A stretch of DNA of 64,000 nucleotides from positions 7,846 through 71,845 of the forward strand of contig JADGHX010000002.1 in the NCBI GenBank assembly GCA_019683695.1. Reading direction: 5' to 3'. Below are positions 44,823 through 56,151 of this stretch, piece after piece. How positions within the stretch are numbered: the first letter of the stretch is position 1; every line of letters begins with the position of its first letter. Position numbers and translations under genes: made by a program. Under the pieces are notes generated by a model. The model ran no database searches and was not told the DNA's origin. It worked only from the letters and a program-made list of their open reading frames with translations. The stretch is from Steroidobacteraceae bacterium. GTDB taxonomy: Bacteria; Pseudomonadota; Gammaproteobacteria; Steroidobacterales; Steroidobacteraceae.

Positions 44823-46199
44823 TCAGCGCGCCTGACCAGCCTTCACCCGCTCGAGATAGCGGTCCCGCAGTTCCGTCTGCCGCGAGCGCATTTCGATCGG
44901 GACGCCCGCGATCCACACCTGATCCGCAACGGTGGTGACTTCGAGCGGGTCGCCGCTCCAGAGGACCAGATCGGCCGCCAAGCCCGGAGCGATGCGACCA
45001 CGCGAGGCGCCGAGGCCGAATATCGATGCCGGATTTGCTGTGAGCGCAGCGAGAGCGCTGTCGAATGGCAACCCGTGCGCCACCGCATTGCCGGCGACCT
45101 GGCGGATCTTGCGTGCATTCGAGGTGGGATCATTCGTTTGCATGAACGAGATCACCACCCCGGCACGTTGCAGGATCGCGGCATTGTCGAGCCGCGCGCC
45201 GATGCGGTCGAAGTCCGCGGGCAGGTCTTCGAGCGCGTTGAGCAGCACAGGCACCTTGGCGCGCGCCAGATCCGCGGCCACGACCCACGCCTCGGCGCCG
45301 CCCGCGATCACGGGCTTCATGCCGTTGCGCTCCGCGAACGCGAGCACCTGACGAATGTCCGCCGCACGATCGACGTTGAACACTACACGGCCGCCCGAAA
45401 GATACGGCCGCAAGGCTTCACGCCCGGCTGGCGTGAGCACGGCACGCGGACCCGCAGTGGCCGGTGCACGCGCCTCGCGGATCGCCTGATCCAGCAGCAT
45501 GAACTGCGCTGCGCGGCTGCCCCCGGAGATCGGGAAGCTGTCACTCCCCATGTCGATGAACAGGGAGCGGCTGCCGGGGAGCGCGGCATCGAAGCGGCCA
45601 TCGAGTGTGACCGCGGACCCTTGCCCCGTGACGAACGTGCCGCCGCCACCCTGCACCGGCGTGCCCGGCGCGAGCACGGCCCACGTGATCCCTTCGATGC
45701 GCGTCACGGGCACGGTCACCGAGCGAGGGTTGAACGTGGGCGTGGGATCGAATTCGGGCCGCAGCTGCAGCTCGTGCAGGGGCGCGTGGATGTCCAGGCT
45801 CTCGTCGGCCGTGGAGGCCTCGAGCTGCACTTCCTCGAGACCGAGCGCCGTGAGCCCGCCAAAGAAGCCGGGCGTGAGCGGACGGCCATTGGCTTCGATC
45901 ACCGTTGCACCCGCGGGTGCTTCGAGCCCCGCGCCGACGCGCGCGATCTTGCCGTCGTGCACGAGCACGTCCGCCTTCTCGAGCGTGCCCTGTTCCGACA
46001 CGGTGTGTACGCGTGCGCCGCGGATCAGCACGTCTTGCGCTGTCGCGTGGTTCGCAACACAGAACATCACGAGCGATGCGAAGAGCGACAACCCGCGCCG
46101 CAGTCGCGTGCGGGTGAGCACAGCGCCCATGTGGAGCGCAGATTCATTCGCGAGGCTCGGCGCACTGCTGGCGCGATCACAATGCAGGGCTTTGCTCAT
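44823..46199 (-). CDS. exported amidohydrolase-fold protein lacking the HxH metal motif (probable non-catalytic paralogue)
   Basis: The signal peptide is ...[20 protein letters not shown]. The amidohydrolase N-terminal beta-sandwich is [12 protein letters not shown]...[12 protein letters not shown]...[13 protein letters not shown], but it is followed by FGGLTALG where HxH is expected. The C-terminus [20 protein letters not shown] is typical of the fold. ATG 46199 (SD GGGGAG, ATGA overlap with the upstream stop) or ATG 46130 is the start. Confidence 0.75.
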   Translation of the reverse strand: MSKALHCDRASSAPSLANESALHMGAVLTRTRLRRGLSLFASLVMFCVANHATAQDVLIRGARVHTVSEQGTLEKADVLVHDGKIARVGAGLEAPAGATVIEANGRPLTPGFFGGLTALGLEEVQLEASTADESLDIHAPLHELQLRPEFDPTPTFNPRSVTVPVTRIEGITWAVLAPGTPVQGGGGTFVTGQGSAVTLDGRFDAALPGSRSLFIDMGSDSFPISGGSRAAQFMLLDQAIREARAPATAGPRAVLTPAGREALRPYLSGGRVVFNVDRAADIRQVLAFAERNGMKPVIAGGAEAWVVAADLARAKVPVLLNALEDLPADFDRIGARLDNAAILQRAGVVISFMQTNDPTSNARKIRQVAGNAVAHGLPFDSALAALTANPASIFGLGASRGRIAPGLAADLVLWSGDPLEVTTVADQVWIAGVPIEMRSRQTELRDRYLERVKAGQAR

Positions 46200-47707
46200 G
46201 GCGCGCTCCCCACAGGCTGACCGAGCAGGAAGTCCGACCTCGGTTTCGGCGGTGGATTCATGCGGTCCCACTGAATGGCGCCGTCGATGAGCACCTGATC
46301 CGCGAGCGCGTACACGCTGAAGGGATTGCGGTTCCAGACGACCACATCCGCCATCTTGCCCGGCTCGAGCGTTCCGGTGAGATCGAGAATTCCCAAAGCC
46401 TTGGCCGGGTTCGCCGTCACCCAGGTGATCGCCCGTTCAGGCGGAATGTGCAGCCCCACCCGCTCGCCTCGCGCCATGGCTTTCGCCGCCTCCTGATTGA
46501 GCCGCTGGATGCCCTCTTCGGAATCCGAGTGCACGATGGCGCAGCCGCCCGGTGCAGCATCCACGAACGCAAGGTTTTCCTGAATGCCATCGAAGGCCTC
46601 CATCTTGAAGCCCCACCAGTCCGCCCACAGCCCGGCGCAGATACCGTTCTCGGCCAGCAAGTTCGCGACCTTGTAGGCCTCGACGCCGTGATGGAACGCA
46701 GCGACGCGATAGCCGAACTCGCGCGACATGTCGATGACCGCTGCCATCTCCTCAGCGCGGTAGCAATGCATGTGCACGAGGATCTCGCCCCTCAGCACGC
46801 CCGCGAGCGTGTCGAGGCGCAGATCGCGCTTGGGCGGCTTCGCGTCCTTGTCTCCTTCGCGGCGCTTGGCGTCGTACGCCTCCAGATCTCGCAGGTATTC
46901 CTGCGCTTCCACCCACTGCGCGCGGTAGCCGGCCATGTTGCCCATGCGGGTGGAGGGTGCGGTGTTGCGCGATCCATAGACACGCTTCGGATTCTCGCCG
47001 CAGGCCATCTTCAGCCCATAGGGCGCACCGGGAAATTTCATGCCCTGGTACGTCACCGAGGGCACGTTCTTGACCACGACGGAGCGGCCCCCGATCAGGT
47101 TCGCGGACCCCGGCAGAATCTGCAGGGTCGTGACGCCACCGGCGAGCGCCGTGGCGAACCCCGGGTCCTGCGGCCACACGGAATGCTCGGCCCACACGTT
47201 CGCGGTCACCGGCGCCGTCATCTCGTTGCCATCCTGTGTGGCGTCGACCGAGGGGGTGGGATACACGCCGAGATGCGAGTGGATGTCGATGAGCCCCGGC
47301 GTAACCCACCGCCCCTTGGCGTCGATGATGCGCGCACCTGCAGGGGCTTCGAGATTCCGGCCCACGGCGCGAATGCGTCCATCGACGATGAGCACGTCCG
47401 TTTCATCGAGCCGCTGCCCGGTGCCGGTGAGCACGGTTCCGCCGCGGATCAGCGTCGGCGGGCTCTCGGGCACCTTGTATGTGGAGGGATAAGGATCGCT
47501 CGGCGTCGCAAACGGCGCGGCGATCGGCAGCTCTTTCGAGCTACGCGACTTGCCCGATCCCGCGTCGTCCGACGCAGGCGAGGTTGCGCAGCCGGCCAGC
47601 AGGCAGATCGACGCGGTCGCGAGCACGTGGGCTGCGGCACGGCGGACCGCGCCGGCGCGAATCGCGCGCAACAGTGTTCTTTTCGGTTGGGGTGTCAGGT
47701 TCGTCAT
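46196..47707 (-). CDS. amidohydrolase-family lipoprotein (metal-dependent hydrolase)
   Basis: ATG 47707 is preceded by AAGGAG. The lipobox is CLLAGC. Also seen are [11 protein letters not shown]...[12 protein letters not shown]...[21 protein letters not shown] (HxH present), HMHCYR, AFHHG, IVHSD and [13 protein letters not shown]. Confidence 0.85.
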   Translation of the reverse strand: MTNLTPQPKRTLLRAIRAGAVRRAAAHVLATASICLLAGCATSPASDDAGSGKSRSSKELPIAAPFATPSDPYPSTYKVPESPPTLIRGGTVLTGTGQRLDETDVLIVDGRIRAVGRNLEAPAGARIIDAKGRWVTPGLIDIHSHLGVYPTPSVDATQDGNEMTAPVTANVWAEHSVWPQDPGFATALAGGVTTLQILPGSANLIGGRSVVVKNVPSVTYQGMKFPGAPYGLKMACGENPKRVYGSRNTAPSTRMGNMAGYRAQWVEAQEYLRDLEAYDAKRREGDKDAKPPKRDLRLDTLAGVLRGEILVHMHCYRAEEMAAVIDMSREFGYRVAAFHHGVEAYKVANLLAENGICAGLWADWWGFKMEAFDGIQENLAFVDAAPGGCAIVHSDSEEGIQRLNQEAAKAMARGERVGLHIPPERAITWVTANPAKALGILDLTGTLEPGKMADVVVWNRNPFSVYALADQVLIDGAIQWDRMNPPPKPRSDFLLGQPVGSAP

Positions 47708-47745
47708 GCATCTCCTTTCGCTCGCCCGACACCCCCGCGTGTGCG

Positions 47746-50001
47746 TCAACCGGGGATGCCTTCGAGCCTGTCGATCTCACGCCATCCGCGCATCAGCACC
47801 GCGCCCCGTTGCGCGCGCTGCCCGCGGTAGTCCTTGAGATCGCTCCACTCCATTGTCTTCGTCTTGTCCCCGGAATATAGGACGAGCTTGCCATTTGGTG
47901 GCACGACGGCAATGGCCGTGAGCGTCTCCTCACGCGAGGCGGCCTTCTTCGCGGGAATGTCGAAGATCTTGTTGCCCTTGCCGCGAGGCATCTCGGGCAG
48001 GTCCTTCACCACGAAGGCGAGCATTTTGCCTTCGCTGTTCACGGCGCACACCAGCGAGTCCGGTGAAGCGACGAAGGCAGGCGGCAGAGCAAGCGACTTC
48101 TCCGGCACGTTCAGCACCGTCTTGCCCGCACGCCGGTCGGTGATGAGCTCCTTCAGACGCACGGTGAAGCCGTAACCGGCATCGCTCGCGAGCAGCCAGA
48201 GGTCTTCGGGATCGCCCATCATCACGCCAACGAACTTGGCGCCATCCGGCGGATTCAAGCGGCCCGAAAGCGGCTCGCCATTGCCACGCGCGGAGGGCAG
48301 CGAGTGCGCGGGCAACGCGTACGTGCGACCGGTGCTGTCGAGAAACACGGCCTGCTGGAGACTCTTGCCGCGCGCCACGCCCTGGAAGGAATCGCCCGCT
48401 TTGTACGACAGCGCGCGCGGATCAATCTCGTGACCCTTCGCGGAGCGCACGAAACCGCCCTTTGAAAGAATCACCGTCACCGGCTCGTTGGGGATGAGCG
48501 AGGTCTCATCGAGGGCCACGGCCGCTTCGCGCTCGATGATCTTCGTGCGGCGGTCATCGCCGTATTTCTCGGCATCCGAGCGCAGCTCCTCCGCCACGAG
48601 CTTGCGCAGCTTCGCCTTGCTCTTCAGCAGGCCCTCAAGCTCGTCCTTTTCCTTTGAGAGCTGGTTCTGCTCCTCGCGGATCTTCATCTCCTCGAGCTTC
48701 GCGAGGTGGCGCAGCTTCGTCTCGAGGATGGCTTCGGTCTGCTCCTCGGAGAGCTTGAAGCGCTTCATGAGCACGGGTTTGGGCTCATCCTCGCGCCGGA
48801 TGATGCGGATCACCTCATCCAGATTGAGATAGACGATGAGCAGGCCCGCGAGGATGTGCAGCCGCCGGTTCACCTTGTCGAGGCGGTGCTGCAGACGGCG
48901 CGTGACCGTGGCGATGCGGAACTCGAGCCATTCGGACAGGATGCCCTTCAGCCCCATGACGCGCGGCCGGCCATCGAGCCCGATGACGTTCAGGTTCACG
49001 CGGTAGCTGCGCTCGAGGTCCGTCGTGGCGAACAGGTGGTTCATCACCTCTACCATGTCCACCCGGCTCGAGCGCGGCACGATGACGAGGCGCGTCGGGT
49101 TCTCGTGATCCGACTCGTCGCGGATGTCGTCGATCATCGGCAGCTTCTTCGCGCGCATCTGCTCCGCGATCTGCTCCTGCACGCGGCTGCTCGACACCTG
49201 GAACGGGAAGGCGGTGATGACGACGTTGCCGTCCTCGATCTCGTAGGTGGCGCGCGCCTTGAAGCTGCCCACGCCCTTCTCGTAGAACTCCACGATGTCG
49301 CTGCGCGGGGAGATGATCTCCGCGCCCGTGGGGAGATCCGGCCCCTTGATGTGCTTCATCAGCTGCCGCGTGGTGGCTTCCGGATCTTCCAGCAGATGAA
49401 TGCACGCCGCGGCGACTTCGCGCAGGTTGTGCGGCGGGATGTCGGTTGCCATGCCGACCGCGATGCCGGACGCGCCATTCAGCAGCAGGTTCGGCAGCCT
49501 GGCGGGCAGCAGTGAGGGTTCTTCGAGCGTGCCGTCGAAGTTCGGCACCCAATCGACGGTGCCGTGCCCCAGCTCGTTCAGCAGCACCTCGGCGTAGCGG
49601 GTGAGCTTCGCCTCGGTGTAGCGCATGGCGGCGAAGGACTTCGGATCGTCCTGCGAGCCCCAGTTGCCCTGCCCGTCCACGATCGGATAGCGATACGCGA
49701 ACGGCTGCGCCATGAGCACCATGGCTTCGTAGCACGCGCTGTCGCCGTGGGGATGGAACTTGCCGATGACATCGCCGACCGTGCGCGCGGACTTCTTGTG
49801 CTTGGAGGCGGCCGAGAGCCCGAGCTCGCTCATGGCATAGATGATGCGGCGCTGTACGGGCTTCAGCCCGTCACCCAACGCGGGGAGCGCGCGGTCGAGA
49901 ATGACGTACATCGAATAGTCGAGGTACGCCTTCTCCGTGAAGATGCGCAGCGGCTGCTTCTCCACGCCTTCGAAATTCAGTTCCTGGTCTTGCATGGTCA
50001 T
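47746..50001 (-). CDS. parC: DNA topoisomerase IV subunit A
   Basis: ATG 50001 gives [57 protein letters not shown] and AMRYTE (active-site Tyr). There is no GyrA box, it is paired with parE, and it overlaps the parE stop as ATGA. Confidence 0.92.
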   Translation of the reverse strand: MTMQDQELNFEGVEKQPLRIFTEKAYLDYSMYVILDRALPALGDGLKPVQRRIIYAMSELGLSAASKHKKSARTVGDVIGKFHPHGDSACYEAMVLMAQPFAYRYPIVDGQGNWGSQDDPKSFAAMRYTEAKLTRYAEVLLNELGHGTVDWVPNFDGTLEEPSLLPARLPNLLLNGASGIAVGMATDIPPHNLREVAAACIHLLEDPEATTRQLMKHIKGPDLPTGAEIISPRSDIVEFYEKGVGSFKARATYEIEDGNVVITAFPFQVSSSRVQEQIAEQMRAKKLPMIDDIRDESDHENPTRLVIVPRSSRVDMVEVMNHLFATTDLERSYRVNLNVIGLDGRPRVMGLKGILSEWLEFRIATVTRRLQHRLDKVNRRLHILAGLLIVYLNLDEVIRIIRREDEPKPVLMKRFKLSEEQTEAILETKLRHLAKLEEMKIREEQNQLSKEKDELEGLLKSKAKLRKLVAEELRSDAEKYGDDRRTKIIEREAAVALDETSLIPNEPVTVILSKGGFVRSAKGHEIDPRALSYKAGDSFQGVARGKSLQQAVFLDSTGRTYALPAHSLPSARGNGEPLSGRLNPPDGAKFVGVMMGDPEDLWLLASDAGYGFTVRLKELITDRRAGKTVLNVPEKSLALPPAFVASPDSLVCAVNSEGKMLAFVVKDLPEMPRGKGNKIFDIPAKKAASREETLTAIAVVPPNGKLVLYSGDKTKTMEWSDLKDYRGQRAQRGAVLMRGWREIDRLEGIPG

Positions 50002-51890
50002 ACCTGCACCTCCGCGAGGTTGCCCTTCTCCTCGAGCCACTCGCGGCGGTCCGCGGCTCGCTTCTTGGCGAGCAGCATGTCCATGAGCTTGTCGGTCTCG
50101 TCCTTGCCGTCGACGGTCAGCTGCACGAGGCGACGCGTGCGCGGATCGATGGTGGTTTCGCGAAGCTGCGTGGGGTTCATCTCGCCCAGGCCCTTGAAGC
50201 GCGTGACCGTGGGCTTCGTGCGAGCGTTCTGCGATTCGATGCGCTTCAGGATCGCGTCACGTTCGGCGTCATCGAGCGCATAGAACACCTGCTTGCCGGC
50301 GTCGATGCGATAGAGCGGCGGCATCGCCACATACACGTGGCCCGCCGTGACGAGCGGGCGGAAGTGGCGCAGGAACAGCGCGCACAGCAGGGTGGCGATG
50401 TGCTGCCCGTCCGAGTCCGCGTCCGCGAGGATGCAGATCTTGTGATAGCGCAGCTGGCTCAGGTCCGGCGAACCCGGCTCCACGCCGAGCGCCACGCTGA
50501 TGTCGTGCACTTCCTGCGAGGAGGCGATGGCGTGGGACTCGAGCTCCCACGTGTTCAGGATCTTGCCGCGCAGGGGCATGATGGCCTGGAAGTCCTTGTC
50601 GCGCGCCTGCTTCGCCGAGCCGCCGGCGGAATCGCCTTCCACCAGGAACAGCTCGCAGCGCGCCGGCTCCTGACTCACGCAGTCCGCAAGCTTGCCCGGC
50701 AACGCGGGGCCCGCGGCGATGCGCTTGCGCACGATCTTCTGGGCCGCCTTCATGCGCTCCTGCGCATTGGAAATGGCGTACTGCGCGATGCGCTCGCCGG
50801 CATCCGGATGCCGGTTCAGCCACAGCGCCATGGAATCGCGCGCGTAGCTTTCCACAAGGGGCGCGGCATCGCGCGAGGCGAGACGCTCCTTCATCTGGCC
50901 GGCGAACTGCGGCTCGTGGATCTTCAGCGAGAGCACGAAGCACACCTTCTGCCAGATGTCCTCCGGCGTGAGCTTGATCCCGCGCGGGACGAGGTTGCGG
51001 AACTCGCAGAACTCACGCACCGCCTGTGCCACGCCCGAGCGCAGCCCGTTCACGTGCGTGCCCCCTTCGATGGTGGGAATCAGGTTGACGTAGCTCTCGG
51101 CCACCACGGTTTCCGCATCCGGCGCCCAGCAGAGGGCGTAATCCACCGCCTCGTGCGCCGCTTCGGTCTTGCCCGAAATGGGCTCGGAGGGCAGGCGCGC
51201 CACCTTGCCGAGCTCGTCGGCCAGATACGCGCCGAGGTCGCCCGAGAAGAACCACTCGTCCTTCTCGCCCGTGGCCTCGTTGATGAACTTCACGCGCAGG
51301 CCGGGGCACAGGACGGCCTTCGCCTTCAGCGTGTGCTTGAGCTGCGGAACGGAGAACTTGTCAGAGTCGAAGAACTTCGGATCCGGCCAGAAGCGCACGC
51401 GCGTGCCGGTGTTGCGCTGGCCGACAGTGCCCACCACTTCGAGCTTCGAGGCGACCTTCCCGTCCTTGAAGCTGATGTTGTACTCCTTGCCGCCGCGCTT
51501 CACCCAGCATTCCAGGTGCTTCGAGAGCGCATTCACCACCGACACACCCACGCCGTGCAAACCACCGGAGTACTGGTAGTTCTTGTCGGAGAACTTCCCG
51601 CCCGCGTGGAGGCGCGTGAGGATCAGCTCGACGCCGCTCACCTTCTCCTTCGGGTGGATGTCCACGGGCATGCCGCGGCCATCGTCGTCCACCTCGAGCG
51701 AACCATCCTTGTAGAGCGTGACGACGATGTTCTTGCAGTAACCGGCCAGGGCTTCATCGACACTGTTGTCGATCACCTCGTGCGCGAGGTGATTGGGGCG
51801 CGAGGTGTGCGTGTACATGCCCGGCCGGCGCCGCACGGGCTCCAGGCCGCTCAGGACTTCGATGTCGGACGCGGTGTACGACTGGCTCAT
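49998..51890 (-). CDS. parE: DNA topoisomerase IV subunit B
   Basis: The GHKL ATPase motifs are [14 protein letters not shown] and GGLHGVG. The Toprim motifs are [13 protein letters not shown] and [12 protein letters not shown]. The 630-aa length is typical of ParE rather than GyrB. Confidence 0.92.
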   Translation of the reverse strand: MSQSYTASDIEVLSGLEPVRRRPGMYTHTSRPNHLAHEVIDNSVDEALAGYCKNIVVTLYKDGSLEVDDDGRGMPVDIHPKEKVSGVELILTRLHAGGKFSDKNYQYSGGLHGVGVSVVNALSKHLECWVKRGGKEYNISFKDGKVASKLEVVGTVGQRNTGTRVRFWPDPKFFDSDKFSVPQLKHTLKAKAVLCPGLRVKFINEATGEKDEWFFSGDLGAYLADELGKVARLPSEPISGKTEAAHEAVDYALCWAPDAETVVAESYVNLIPTIEGGTHVNGLRSGVAQAVREFCEFRNLVPRGIKLTPEDIWQKVCFVLSLKIHEPQFAGQMKERLASRDAAPLVESYARDSMALWLNRHPDAGERIAQYAISNAQERMKAAQKIVRKRIAAGPALPGKLADCVSQEPARCELFLVEGDSAGGSAKQARDKDFQAIMPLRGKILNTWELESHAIASSQEVHDISVALGVEPGSPDLSQLRYHKICILADADSDGQHIATLLCALFLRHFRPLVTAGHVYVAMPPLYRIDAGKQVFYALDDAERDAILKRIESQNARTKPTVTRFKGLGEMNPTQLRETTIDPRTRRLVQLTVDGKDETDKLMDMLLAKKRAADRREWLEEKGNLAEVQV

Positions 51891-52171
51891 CAGCTTCCGG
51901 TTTTTCGGTGCGCAAAGGAAAAGCGCCCGGCAGACACGCGCTGTCAGTCGCGGGCCGGCGCTTCAGGGGCCGGGAATATAGCAGATGCGGGCCGGCGGTC
52001 GCGGACGCGGATCTGTCGCGCCCTGGCGGCTCGCACGGTTGGCCGACCGCGCGTGTTCAGGCTCCGCCACCACACTGCTGCGCGAAGCGAGCACCTGACG
52101 CGCCGGGTCGGCGCAGTCGCTGCACCTGAAAAGCCGCGGGCGGTGAACGCCGATGATCTGCAGTCGTAGCG

Positions 52172-52756
52172 TCAGTTCAGGTCGGCCGCGAGCGCGGCGT
52201 GCACCTCGCGCGGGACCTCGCTTACCTCGTGGCGATAGCGCTCGTGGTCGATGCCCACACCGAGGGCGGCGCCGGCCTTGTAGCTCGCGATCATCTCCCG
52301 CGTAAGCTCGAAGCGCAGGAAGTGCACGGACGAGGTCTTCTCCTCGTTCTCGCGCTCGAGGTCCTCGTCGGCGATGGCATACACCTTCTCGTGCCCGCTC
52401 ACCTGCACCCAGCAGCGATCCTCGATGCCCTTGAGCTCCGCAAGCTTCGCGCGGCGCACGTTCTCATCCGGAAACTCGATGAGCAGCGTCACCTTCCAGT
52501 TGCGCCCGTCCGGGATGAGCGGGTTGTAGGCGTTCAGCTCATCCTCGATGCCCTCGGGCTCGAAGATGCGCTCGGCGCGCAGCATCTCCTGCACCTGATA
52601 CTGGATCGTCAGCCGATCCTCGAACAGCCAGGTGCAGTTCGGCCCCACCGCGATCCTGCGTGGCCGCTTGTGCTCGAGCACGCGCGCGCGGAACGCGGCG
52701 CGCTCGCGGGCGTACTGCTCGAGGGACATGAGATCTTTCGTGGTGAGCTTTTCCAT
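52172..52756 (-). CDS. DUF3501-family protein
   Basis: MEKLTTKDLMSLEQYARERAAFRARVLEHKRPRRIAVGPNCTWLFEDRLTIQYQVQEMLRAERI...VTLLIEF matches my recollection of DUF3501. It is the last gene of a three-gene minus-strand operon. Confidence 0.7.
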   Translation of the reverse strand: MEKLTTKDLMSLEQYARERAAFRARVLEHKRPRRIAVGPNCTWLFEDRLTIQYQVQEMLRAERIFEPEGIEDELNAYNPLIPDGRNWKVTLLIEFPDENVRRAKLAELKGIEDRCWVQVSGHEKVYAIADEDLERENEEKTSSVHFLRFELTREMIASYKAGAALGVGIDHERYRHEVSEVPREVHAALAADLN

Positions 52757-52771
52757 ATCGGGCCCGGTGAT

Positions 52772-54211
52772 TCAGATGCCGTAAGCGATGCGCAGCAGCT
52801 TCAGGGGATGCGTCGGCGCCTTGTGCGCCTTCAGGCCACTTTCGATCTGGTGCCCGGCCATCGGGCAGTCGCTCGCGTAGTACGCGGGCTGCGCGTTCTC
52901 GACGCGCGTCATCACGGGACGCCCGATCTTCACGGAGGCTGCGCGAAACTCCTTCTTCACCGCATACGTCCCGTTGTGACCCGAGCAGCGCTCGATGACC
53001 TCCACCGTCGTGTCCGGCACGAGCTTCAGCACATCGCGCGTCTTGAGGCCGATGTTCTGCACGCGCAGATGACACGGCACGTGGTAGCTCACCTTGCCGA
53101 GGGATTGCTTGAAATCCGTGCGCAGCAGCCCCGCGCGATGGCGGAGCATGAGGTACTCGAACGGATCGAAGATGCGCGAGCGCACCAGTTGCACGCCCGG
53201 GTCATCCGGAAACATGAGCGGCAGCTCCTGCTTGAACATCAGCACGCACGAGGGAATCGGCGCGACGATGTCGTATCCATGCTCGATAACGCGCAGCAGC
53301 TGCGGAATGTTCTGTTCCTTCGCGCGCGCCACGGACTCGAGGTCGCCGAGCTCGAGTTTGGGCATGCCACAGCATTGTTCCTTCGCCACGAGACGGACGT
53401 CGATGCCGTTGTGCTCGAAGACGGCAACGAGATCCTCGTCCAGCTCCGGCTCGTTGCGGTTGCCGTAGCACGTGGCGAACAGCGCCACGCGCCCTCGCGT
53501 TTCGGTTCCCCCTTGAGGCATGGCGGGGCGCTGCGCGCCCGCTTCGATTTCGCTCGCTTGCGCCGCTGCCGTGGCGGATCCCGATGTGCCCGTTCCGTTC
53601 GCATCACCATTCACCGGCACGGTGCCGACACGATCCCGCAGCCGCTTGCGCGCGGTGTTCGAGTGGTACTTCGGGATCGGCGCCGTTCGGTCCACGCGCA
53701 GGGTCTTTTCCAGCAGCGCGCGGCCCGGTGCCGAGCGGTTCACGGCGTTCACCACTTCCACCACCACCGGGATGCCCGCGAGCGCACCGACGGTATCGGT
53801 GGATGCGAGCACCTTGTCCCGCAGGCCAATGCCTTCCTTCTTCGCGCGAACCGCCTTCGCGCGCAGCATCAGATGCGGGAAGTCCACATTCCACGGATGC
53901 GGCGGAACGTACGGACATTTGGTCATGAAGCACATGTCACACAGGTAACAGTGATCCACGACCTGCCAGAACACCTTGCGGTCGACGCCGTCGAGCTCAC
54001 CCGTTGGGGACTCGTCCACCGCATCGAACAGCGTGGGGAACGCGTTGCAGAGACTGAAGCAACGCCGGCATCCGTGACAGATGTCGAACACACGCTCCAG
54101 TTCTTTCGTGAGCGCGGCTTCGTCGTAGAACGCGGGATTCTTCCAGTCGAGAGGATGCCTCGTGGGCGCCTCCAGACTGCCTTCGCGACCGCCGGGGACT
54201 GAAGAGCTCAT
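52772..54211 (-). CDS. HdrD/GlpC-like (Fe-S)-binding protein: two 4Fe-4S ferredoxin motifs + two CCG domains
   Basis: The motifs are [15 protein letters not shown] and [17 protein letters not shown], the first CCG domain (ALFATCYGN...KEQCCGMP) and a second, variant one (YHVPCHL...ERCSGHNG). ATG 54211 is the start. Confidence 0.8.
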   Translation of the reverse strand: MSSSVPGGREGSLEAPTRHPLDWKNPAFYDEAALTKELERVFDICHGCRRCFSLCNAFPTLFDAVDESPTGELDGVDRKVFWQVVDHCYLCDMCFMTKCPYVPPHPWNVDFPHLMLRAKAVRAKKEGIGLRDKVLASTDTVGALAGIPVVVEVVNAVNRSAPGRALLEKTLRVDRTAPIPKYHSNTARKRLRDRVGTVPVNGDANGTGTSGSATAAAQASEIEAGAQRPAMPQGGTETRGRVALFATCYGNRNEPELDEDLVAVFEHNGIDVRLVAKEQCCGMPKLELGDLESVARAKEQNIPQLLRVIEHGYDIVAPIPSCVLMFKQELPLMFPDDPGVQLVRSRIFDPFEYLMLRHRAGLLRTDFKQSLGKVSYHVPCHLRVQNIGLKTRDVLKLVPDTTVEVIERCSGHNGTYAVKKEFRAASVKIGRPVMTRVENAQPAYYASDCPMAGHQIESGLKAHKAPTHPLKLLRIAYGI

Positions 54212-54334
54212 GTCGTGCGTGAAGACCAGGGCGAGTGGCGCGCGCACAGCCCCGTACGGCACGGGGTCAGGCCCTGTGGCACAGAACCCGACCCCGCCGC
54301 GGAACGGATGCGCTGATGCGCGCTATGCGCCGGA

Positions 54335-54751
54335 TCAGATGGCGTCCAGCGCCTTCTGGAAGCGGTTGGCGTGCGAGCGCTCGGCCTTGGCGAGCGTCTC
54401 GAACCAGTCCGCGATCTCGTTGAAGCCCTCTTCGCGAGCCTCCTTGGCCATGCCGGGGTACATGTCGGTGTACTCGTGCGTCTCGCCCGCGATGGCGGCC
54501 TTCAGGTTGAGCTTCGTGTCGCCGATCGGCAGACCCGTGGCCGGATCGCCCACGGCCTCGAGGTACTCGAGGTGCCCGTGCGCATGGCCGGTCTCACCTT
54601 CCGCGGTCGAACGGAAGACCGCCGACACGTCGTTGTAGCCTTCCACGTCCGCCTTGGCTGCGAAGTACAGGTAGCGACGATTCGCCTGGGATTCGCCGGC
54701 GAATGCGTCCTTCAGATTCTTTTCGGTCTTGGTGCCCTTGAGATTTGCCAC
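54335..54751 (-). CDS. rubrerythrin-family diiron protein (ferritin-like domain only, no rubredoxin domain)
   Basis: GTG 54751 is preceded by GAGGAG. The product is [39 protein letters not shown]...[15 protein letters not shown]...[14 protein letters not shown]...[11 protein letters not shown]. The ExxH diiron ligand pairs are present. Confidence 0.85.
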   Translation of the reverse strand: MANLKGTKTEKNLKDAFAGESQANRRYLYFAAKADVEGYNDVSAVFRSTAEGETGHAHGHLEYLEAVGDPATGLPIGDTKLNLKAAIAGETHEYTDMYPGMAKEAREEGFNEIADWFETLAKAERSHANRFQKALDAI

Positions 54752-54813
54752 TGCCGTTCTCCTCGATGATGCTTCGCTCCGCAAGGCCCGTCAGGGGTGG
54801 CGGAGGAAGCGCG

Positions 54814-54828
54814 TTAGACTGTGTCTAA
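54814..54828. promoter_or_regulatory. perfect 6-3-6 palindrome TTAGAC-tgt-GTCTAA upstream of rubrerythrin
   Basis: Read directly. It lies 63-77 nt upstream of the rubrerythrin GTG, in the divergent intergenic region shared with xseB. It is a candidate operator for an unknown regulator. Confidence 0.4.
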
Positions 54829-54863
54829 TGTGGGCGGAAACTCTATGCTCCGCCTGTGGAACC

Positions 54864-54878
54864 GTCAACCGCGTTGAC
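54864..54878. promoter_or_regulatory. perfect 6-3-6 palindrome GTCAAC-cgc-GTTGAC overlapping the xseB -35
   Basis: Read directly. Its right arm contains the TTGAC of the predicted -35 element. Confidence 0.4.
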
Positions 54879-54901
54879 CGGCCGGAATCGCTCTGTATAA
54901 G
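54874..54901 (+). promoter_or_regulatory. candidate sigma70 promoter of xseB-ispA-dxs (TTGACC-N16-TATAAG)
   Basis: The sequence is gTTGACCggccggaatcgctctgTATAAGg. Both hexamers match consensus at 5 of 6 positions, and the promoter lies about 30 nt upstream of the xseB start. Confidence 0.5.
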
Positions 54902-54933
54902 GTGCGCGCCCCTGCCTTGCCGGAAATGTCCCC

Positions 54934-55197
54934 TTGGCCAGCGATCCCCAGGAACCGGATTTCGAACAGGCGCTCGCCGAGCTCGAGAAGCTGGTCGAGC
55001 GGCTCGAGCGTGGCGATCTGCCCCTCGATGAGGCGCTGAAAGCCTTCGAGCGCGGCGTCGCGCTCACGCGCCATTGTCAGACCGCGCTCAAATCCGCTCA
55101 GCAGAAGGTCGAGATTCTTCTGCGCAAGAGCGGCGGTCAGCCCGAGCTTCAGACCTTCACCGGCGCCGACACGGAAGGTCCGAACGGCGAGCGATGA
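54934..55197 (+). CDS. xseB: exodeoxyribonuclease VII small subunit
   Basis: [53 protein letters not shown] is seen. The start is TTG at 54934. Confidence 0.9.
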   Translation: MASDPQEPDFEQALAELEKLVERLERGDLPLDEALKAFERGVALTRHCQTALKSAQQKVEILLRKSGGQPELQTFTGADTEGPNGER

Positions 55198-56078
55198 ATC
55201 CCCGGATCGAGGCGTACCAGGCGCGCATCGAGCAGGTGCTCGATCGCTGCCTCAGCCTGCCCGATGCGGGCTCTGCACGCTTGCGCGAGGGCATGCGCTA
55301 CAGCGTGCTCGGAGGCGGCAAGCGCTTGCGGCCCATACTCGTCTACAGCACCGGCGAGGCGCTCGGCGCGCCGCTGGAACATCTGGACGTGCCGGCTGCG
55401 GCCGTGGAGCTGGTGCATGTCTACAGCCTCGTCCATGACGATCTGCCCGCGATGGACGACGACGATCTGCGGCGTGGGCGACCCACCTGCCACCGCGCAT
55501 TCGACGAGGCCACGGCCATTCTCGTCGGCGATGCGCTCCAGGCACTGGCGTTCGACGTGCTCGCGCACGACGCATCGGGCCCCGCCTCGGCCACGGCAAG
55601 GCTCGAGATGATTCGCCTGCTGGCCCATGCCAGTGGCACGAGCGGCATGGCCGGAGGCCAGGCCATCGACCTCGCTTCGGTCGGGCAGAAGCTCACGGCG
55701 GAGGCCGTCGAGAACATGCATCGGCGCAAGACCGGCGCGCTCATCCAGTGCAGCGTGCTGCTCGGGGCCACCGCGGCGGGCATCGCTCCCGGCGCGGAGC
55801 TTGATGCGCTCAAGCGCTTCGGCGCCGACATCGGCCTCGCCTTCCAGATCCAGGACGACATCCTCGACGTGGAGGGCGATCCCGCGATCATCGGCAAGAC
55901 TGCGGGCGCGGACACCGCCCGCAACAAGCCCACGTACCCGAGCACGGTCGGCCTCGAAGCGGCCCGCTCGCGCGCGCACGCGCTCTGCGAGGCGGCCATC
56001 GCCGCGCTGGCGCCGCTTGGCGCACGCGCGCAGCCCCTGCTGGAGCTGGCGCGGTACGTTGTGAACCGGTCGCGATAA
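55194..56078 (+). CDS. ispA: (2E,6E)-farnesyl diphosphate synthase
   Basis: GGKRLRP is followed by the first DDxxD region ([20 protein letters not shown]) and the second (FQIQDDILD). It overlaps the xseB stop as ATGA. Confidence 0.92.
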   Translation: MNPRIEAYQARIEQVLDRCLSLPDAGSARLREGMRYSVLGGGKRLRPILVYSTGEALGAPLEHLDVPAAAVELVHVYSLVHDDLPAMDDDDLRRGRPTCHRAFDEATAILVGDALQALAFDVLAHDASGPASATARLEMIRLLAHASGTSGMAGGQAIDLASVGQKLTAEAVENMHRRKTGALIQCSVLLGATAAGIAPGAELDALKRFGADIGLAFQIQDDILDVEGDPAIIGKTAGADTARNKPTYPSTVGLEAARSRAHALCEAAIAALAPLGARAQPLLELARYVVNRSR

Positions 56079-56151
56079 TCCGCTTCGGGCCAGCACGGAC
56101 TCGGCGGCTCGCTTAGGGGCCTGATCGCGCGCGGTGTACACTTCGCACCCA

